NCBI GenBank assembly: GCA_963662465.1
Contig: OY759599.1
Span: 2,176,001 to 2,240,000 of the forward strand
Direction: 5' to 3'
DNA length: 64,000 bases
DNA from: Desulfatiglandales bacterium
GTDB lineage: Bacteria; Desulfobacterota; DSM-4660; Desulfatiglandales; Desulfatiglandaceae
Part shown: piece by piece, positions 58,920-64,000 of the stretch
How the letters are laid out: the number at the start of each line of letters is the position of its first letter
Numbering within the stretch: position 1 is the first letter of the stretch
Program-made: the position numbers and the translations under genes
Notes under the pieces: model-generated
Databases searched by the model: none
Seen by the model: only the letters and a program-made list of their open reading frames with translations
What the model was told of the DNA's origin: nothing

Positions 58920-61187
58920 ATGATTGTCAAAACAGAAAAAATTAGCGACCTATCCATATGGACCGAGCGGGATTGGAAGGAAAAAATCACTGTTACGGTT
59001 TATCATGAGTATCGTCCTGTCGTCAGTTTCGATCCTGGGAAGATAAATGATAGGAGACTCGCTGCCGTACAACTTGTCGAGCTTGGTTATTGTAAAAACC
59101 GGGTTGCCGGTAAAATCTGTGGGTTTCACCGCAATACGGTTGGCAAACTGCTTCGCACCAAAAGACTTTTAGGTGTTGAGGCCATATTTGAGGACAACCG
59201 TGGTCCCAAGGCTCCCTGGAAATATATTGGCAGCATTCGCAAAACCATCAAAAAACTTATCCGCGAGAATCCTGACTGGACTGACCAGCAGATTGCAAAT
59301 GCCGCGGAAAAGCAAACTGAAACGACTATTTCGAGAAGTGCTGTAGCTCGTATCAGAACCGCGGACCAAGATGCAGAAACTGAAAAGCCTACAAAGCATG
59401 ACTTGGAGCAACTGGCTAAAATTGCGGATAGTATTGATTTGAAGCAACACGACGAGCGACAGCTTTCTTTCAACTTTGAGGCTGATTCTGAGTTCAAAAA
59501 GAAGGTAGATGAATTTGCTGATGAGGATACACCCAAGCCACAAACCGATACAGATAAAGTATTCCTGGATTATCTTCAACAGGGACAACGCAATGTCTTT
59601 GCCGGCATGCTTCTTCACCATCTGTTTTTAGATCATATCAACTTCCCAAATGCCTTTGATTTGCCTTCTTATTCCAATAATATGTATGATAATTATGAAG
59701 TGATGGAAACTGTCCTTTTCGGGTTGAACATCGGGTTGCCATCTATCGAATCCCATAAGCTGGTCAACAGTAGGGACATGGGGCTTTTGCTGGGACGAAC
59801 CAGTTCCCCCGATGAGACCACTATTCGGTTGCGTTTAAAACAGATGGCCGAGTTCAAGCCCTCAGAGAGCCTGATAGATTATTTCGCAAACCTGTTTCTA
59901 TCGTTGGGGTTCATCAACCCAGAGGTGTTTTTTATCGATGGGCACTTCCTTCCCTATTATGGACTGAAAGTTCTATCCAAAGGCTACCATACCGTGAGAC
60001 GAATTGTCATGAAAGGAAACGAGATTTATGTTGTCAGCGACCTTGACGGGAAGCCTTTCTTTTCAATTACCGAAGGGTGTGATATCGATTTCAGGCCGAT
60101 CATCATAAGAGCGGCCGACAAGATAATCAGCCTGGGTGTCGACCGCCCCATTGTGGTTTTTGATCGCGGTGGTTATGGTGTTCACTTTTTCAGTCAATTA
60201 TCGAAAAGGGCTGACTTTATTACGTGGGCCAGGTATGTGAAAAAAGATGAATTGAAAGACTTGGAATATACGAGCTGCTTGATGTTTAATGGGAAAAGAT
60301 ATCTCATTGCCGAGAAAACAAAACTGATTCGTGAATCGATTTCTACAGCTGCCAAAGAAGGCCGAACAGAGGCAACTTCGACAGAAGTACGTATGGTTGT
60401 TTTCAAGGAATTGGACAAGGATAGACCTGTGGCAATATATACCAGCAATCATCAAAAGCCTGCTCCTGATATTGCCGCATATATGCTTTCACGATGGGGA
60501 GAGTCTGAAAACTTTTTCAAAGAGATGATGTCCCTGTACAACTTCAATTATCATCCCGGTTATGATCTTAAAGAACTTGAAGAACAGCCTCTTGTAGATA
60601 ATCCTGAGGTAAAAACAATCAAAAAAACGATCAAGGGAATTAAACAAAAGATGGGGCAATTGGCGCTTGCAAAACAACAAACAGAGTCCAAAATAGAAGC
60701 ACGAAAAGATCTTCGTCTTAAAAAAAAGCTAAACACGCTCCAGGAAGAGATAGAGAAATACGACAAAGAGCTTGACGGTTTTCAGGCAGCCTTAAAAGAA
60801 ATGCCTGACAAAGTATCGATAATTGAAGTGCTGAAAGGCAGACCAATGAACAAGGCAGATCTGGAGAAAAAGAAGCTCTACGACCTGATACAAATGATTG
60901 CCTTTCACTCACGCGAGCATCTGGTTGGCCTGTTCCGTTCATGTTATGATGATCCGCGGGATGTGAAACAGATCCTGACAAAGGTCACAAAACTCCCTGG
61001 TTATGTGAAATTAGTCGGGAAAACACTTGTTGTGCTTTTAGATTGGATAGAGGACAAAAAGCATCGGAAGGCAGCAACAAGATTTTGCCATCTGATAAAC
61101 ACTATGTCGCCCAAATTGAGAGGTCGCATGGAGTTCGACCTTTATTTTCGCATCTCCTCAATCCCTCAAGTGGGTTATTGCTGTTAA
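58920..61187 (+). CDS. large DDE transposase with N-terminal HTH
   Basis: FIDGH, VFDRGGY, Y-x3-RWGESENFFKE; sole long ORF between the TIRs. Confidence 0.9.
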   Translation: MIVKTEKISDLSIWTERDWKEKITVTVYHEYRPVVSFDPGKINDRRLAAVQLVELGYCKNRVAGKICGFHRNTVGKLLRTKRLLGVEAIFEDNRGPKAPWKYIGSIRKTIKKLIRENPDWTDQQIANAAEKQTETTISRSAVARIRTADQDAETEKPTKHDLEQLAKIADSIDLKQHDERQLSFNFEADSEFKKKVDEFADEDTPKPQTDTDKVFLDYLQQGQRNVFAGMLLHHLFLDHINFPNAFDLPSYSNNMYDNYEVMETVLFGLNIGLPSIESHKLVNSRDMGLLLGRTSSPDETTIRLRLKQMAEFKPSESLIDYFANLFLSLGFINPEVFFIDGHFLPYYGLKVLSKGYHTVRRIVMKGNEIYVVSDLDGKPFFSITEGCDIDFRPIIIRAADKIISLGVDRPIVVFDRGGYGVHFFSQLSKRADFITWARYVKKDELKDLEYTSCLMFNGKRYLIAEKTKLIRESISTAAKEGRTEATSTEVRMVVFKELDKDRPVAIYTSNHQKPAPDIAAYMLSRWGESENFFKEMMSLYNFNYHPGYDLKELEEQPLVDNPEVKTIKKTIKGIKQKMGQLALAKQQTESKIEARKDLRLKKKLNTLQEEIEKYDKELDGFQAALKEMPDKVSIIEVLKGRPMNKADLEKKKLYDLIQMIAFHSREHLVGLFRSCYDDPRDVKQILTKVTKLPGYVKLVGKTLVVLLDWIEDKKHRKAATRFCHLINTMSPKLRGRMEFDLYFRISSIPQVGYCC

Positions 61188-61241
61188 AGCCTTGCTCATC
61201 GTTTCAGCCATCCTACGCAGGGTATCGTGTTTCGACCACAT

Positions 61242-61267
61242 GTAGGGGCGAAAAATCTTTCGCCCTA
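61242..61267. repeat. single GTAG REP-like hairpin inside the IS
   Basis: GTAGGGGCGAAAAATCTTTCGCCCTA. Confidence 0.65.
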
Positions 61268-62666
61268 ATGGCCGAAACAATGATCAAGGCCGCTGTTGAA
61301 CTAAATGCACAATTTGAATTGAGAAAAAACGTCATTTACTATGATGTCTGACCCATACACGCCGGTCACATTTTGAAGATGCGCCGTTTCCGATTCCCCG
61401 GCCCCGATGAGAAACGGATTTGCCACCGTGGCAAACACCACGGGGCGGTCCTTCACCTTGTTGATGGCGGCCTGGGTACATGCCGTGGAAATGGGAACCA
61501 CAATATCCACATTCCGCTGCAGGAACTTGTCCAGAATCGTATTGACCGTCGCAAGATCGCCATTGGCGTTTTCAAGCATGATCTCAAAGTGGTTGTCCTT
61601 CTCGTAGCCCAACTGCGCCATCTCTTTGACAAAGCTGTCGCGGGTGATATTCAGCAATCCATGATCCACCACCTGAACAATCCCGATGGTGGTTGTCCGT
61701 GAATGATCCGACGGCCCCTGCATATGGCTCCTGAAAACTACCAAACCGAGAAGGATGATCCCCATGCCCACCAGGCCCAGGGTGATCCTCCGGGTGGTAA
61801 AGAGGGCTGTAATCCTTGCAAACATGTTACGAGTGCCCCCGATCCGTTTTGAAACCACGAGGGTCGCCAGCACAAAGGCGGCCGTCAGGAGTTTGAGATC
61901 AATGGGATTCATCCCCATGTAGAGCGCCGCGGCAATCATCAACCTGAAGATCACCGAACCGAGAATCACACTCAGAACGATGGCAAACATGGAACGCATT
62001 CTCAGAACGGCTTCGCCGATAATGACCGAAGCAAGGCCGATAACGATGGTCCCAATCCCCATGCCGATGTCCGCAAATCCTTGATATTGCGCAATCAGAC
62101 CACCGGACACCCCCACCAGGCCATTGGCCAGGGCCACACCGAACACCGTCATCCGGTTTACATGTATCCCCGCCGCCGCGGCCATGTCCGAATTGTTGCC
62201 GGTCACCCGCATGGCAACCCCCATGTCGGTCTTGAGAAAGAGCGACATCCCCCACCAGAACAGCGCCATGATGATCAGTAGCGCCAGTGTGATCCATGCC
62301 TCCTCGTGAAAACCCGGGTTTATGCTTTCAATCCAGGTAAAGAGGGTGATCCGGTTGAGAAGGGGGATATTGGACCGGCCCATGACATGCAGGTTGATGG
62401 AATAAAGACCGGTCATGACCAGAATTCCGGCCAACAACCCGTTGATCTTGAGGCGGGTATGGATGAGCGCCGTGATGCTTCCGGCGGCGGCGCCCGCCCC
62501 AAAAGCCGCCAGGAGCGCCACAAAGGGGTTGACGCCCGACACCATCAGAACGGCCGCTACAGCAGCCCCGGTGGTAAAGCTGCCGTCCACCGTAATATCC
62601 GGGAAATCATGCACCCGGAAGGTGAGAAACACCCCCATGGTCATGAAGCCGTAAAGAAATCCGAGG

Positions 62667-63917
62667 TTAAGGGCGCCGATCCAGAGTTCCATTCGTTTCT
62701 CCCACTTCCATCTCCACCACGCCCACGACCCCGTTTTTGAAAAGGCTGCGACCCATGAGATGCTGAATTCCGAGGGGTTCAAACTCAGTCAATATGCGCA
62801 GGATCTCATGTTCAAAACCGGCCGGATCAGTGCTGAAAAGCCCCTTGCCGAAGAGACCCGCATGCACATGGAAATCCTGCCCCCTGGGGATGCATGACTG
62901 CATGGATCGGGGTAGAAGCCCCCTCTCCCTCACCGCAATTCCCACACCCGCAACCACATGGTGGATAAAGGCCGGTTCCACCGGTAGATCCATCCAGTCA
63001 TGGATGTGGGCAGGGCTAAAAATATCTTCTCCCGCCCCGGTCTGAAGGTCGCTTATGGGAACCCGCTTGAGATGCATCCCCCATATCCCCCTGCTCTCCC
63101 CCAGGAACACCAAGCCCAGAAGAGGGGCATCTGAAATTTGGAAAAGGGCCTTGATCAGGTTATCCAGAGACGCCCCGCAGTCCGCGCCCTCAAAGGCTGC
63201 CACATGGCGGTATGCTCCCTGGAAAGTGAGTCCATTTAAAAACCGGTATGGAATAGGCGGGTTCCCTTTTGACCAGAGCATGAAGTCCACGGCCGCTTGT
63301 TTAACCGCCGGATAGAAAAAGAAATTGTGATCAATCACCATAGCCTCGCCGAAGAGGTCCTTGAAATGATCCCATTGCCGGCCAAGGCTTCCCAGTCCCA
63401 AACCGAACTTCATGTGGCAAGACTGAACCGTGGCCACGTCCCCCGCTTCATAGGCGGCATAGATCAACCCCTTCGGGTCTCCCAGAAGGTTCATTGAACC
63501 CGGGGACCCTTCTTTTTCCAGACAGTTGAAGCGAATGCCGCAGATGTTTTTTGAAACCGGTTCTGAATCTTTTACGTCATCCCGAACCGTCAGGGCAGCT
63601 TCCTCCCGGGTCGCAACAATGCGAAAAAGCGTATCCAGACCGCTCATCTTCAGCAAATCCTGAACATCCGGCTGAACATGGGCCATGATAATCTGCCCCC
63701 CCACCCGCATGAGTTTTTTCTGAGCCGTCAAAAAAACGCGGATGCCCGCGCTGCTCATATAGTTGACCCCTTCCAGGTCCGCACCGATAATCCGTTCACC
63801 GGCGGCCAGAAGCGCATCCAGCTTCCGACCGATTTCTCCGGCGCTCATGGCATCTATACGGCCCTTCAAGATCAGCCATCCAAGACCGAAACTCTCTTCA
63901 TTGGTGCATTCAAGCAT
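62667..63917 (-). CDS. STAS (anti-sigma antagonist) domain fused to ~300-aa uncharacterised domain
   Basis: GRIDA...DLEGVNYMSSAGIRV; overlaps the start of the permease fusion. Confidence 0.85.
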   Translation of the reverse strand: MLECTNEESFGLGWLILKGRIDAMSAGEIGRKLDALLAAGERIIGADLEGVNYMSSAGIRVFLTAQKKLMRVGGQIIMAHVQPDVQDLLKMSGLDTLFRIVATREEAALTVRDDVKDSEPVSKNICGIRFNCLEKEGSPGSMNLLGDPKGLIYAAYEAGDVATVQSCHMKFGLGLGSLGRQWDHFKDLFGEAMVIDHNFFFYPAVKQAAVDFMLWSKGNPPIPYRFLNGLTFQGAYRHVAAFEGADCGASLDNLIKALFQISDAPLLGLVFLGESRGIWGMHLKRVPISDLQTGAGEDIFSPAHIHDWMDLPVEPAFIHHVVAGVGIAVRERGLLPRSMQSCIPRGQDFHVHAGLFGKGLFSTDPAGFEHEILRILTEFEPLGIQHLMGRSLFKNGVVGVVEMEVGETNGTLDRRP

Positions 63918-64000
63918 CCTTGCTTCCTTCCGCTAAGGCTTTCCGGGTTTTGCAATCTCGCCTATTCGTCCTCGGACTTGACTTGAACAAAATTACCGGT

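Larger units (their letters stand above)
58743..61350 (+). mobile_element. complete 2608-bp insertion sequence, family unassigned
   Basis: 6-bp TSD ACCCAT (58737-58742, 61351-61356); 20-bp TIR CAGAGTTCCTGGTAAATGAC / CAGACATCATAGTAAATGAC, 16/20 match. Confidence 0.95.
58159..62692 (-). pseudogene. ABC permease-substrate-binding fusion gene interrupted by an IS
   Basis: Removing 58743-61350 and one TSD copy restores ...NVTGVYGWVPMEK... in a 640-codon frame; FPDITVDGSF permease and TrpX-like binding-protein motifs. Confidence 0.9.

Noticed and set aside
61301..61350. C-terminus of the 493-aa ORF, and 58159-58728 as a separate gene
   Set aside because: Both are products of IS interruption of a single gene
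63962..64000. 3' end of a further minus-strand gene (…TGNFVQVKSEDE*)
   Set aside because: Too short to support a call

Overview
Bacterial chromosomal window, probably from an anaerobic Desulfobacterota (deltaproteobacterial) genome; this is inferred from gene content only. It is dense in signalling genes: eight PAS/REC/MASE3/GAF histidine kinases, a degenerate GGDEF protein and a STAS fusion. Housekeeping genes include lpdA, dacB, hpt, rex, rnhA, mscS, K+ channel/antiporter genes and a CoxD/CoxE-like pair. Highlights: (1) a putative neutral-lipid operon of acyl-CoA-binding protein, WS/DGAT with two C-terminal CCCH fingers, and a fused acyl-ACP-reductase-like protein (20.4-24.6 kb); (2) a probable DUF1573-type selenoprotein split by an in-frame TGA in a U-G-C motif, with a SECIS-like hairpin (39.7-40.8 kb); (3) a complete 2608-bp IS with 6-bp TSD interrupting a permease/substrate-binding fusion gene; (4) the end of a probable IS21-like element carrying accessory genes; (5) a MITE family sharing one 25-bp TIR but carrying different REP cargos; (6) two TA-like cassettes bracketed by direct repeats; (7) heptamer repeats lying in frame inside kinase genes; (8) several deletion remnants (archease/rtcB, rluA-like, AAA ATPase). 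No rRNA, tRNA or CRISPR array was found. All family calls come from motif recognition by eye, not database searches.
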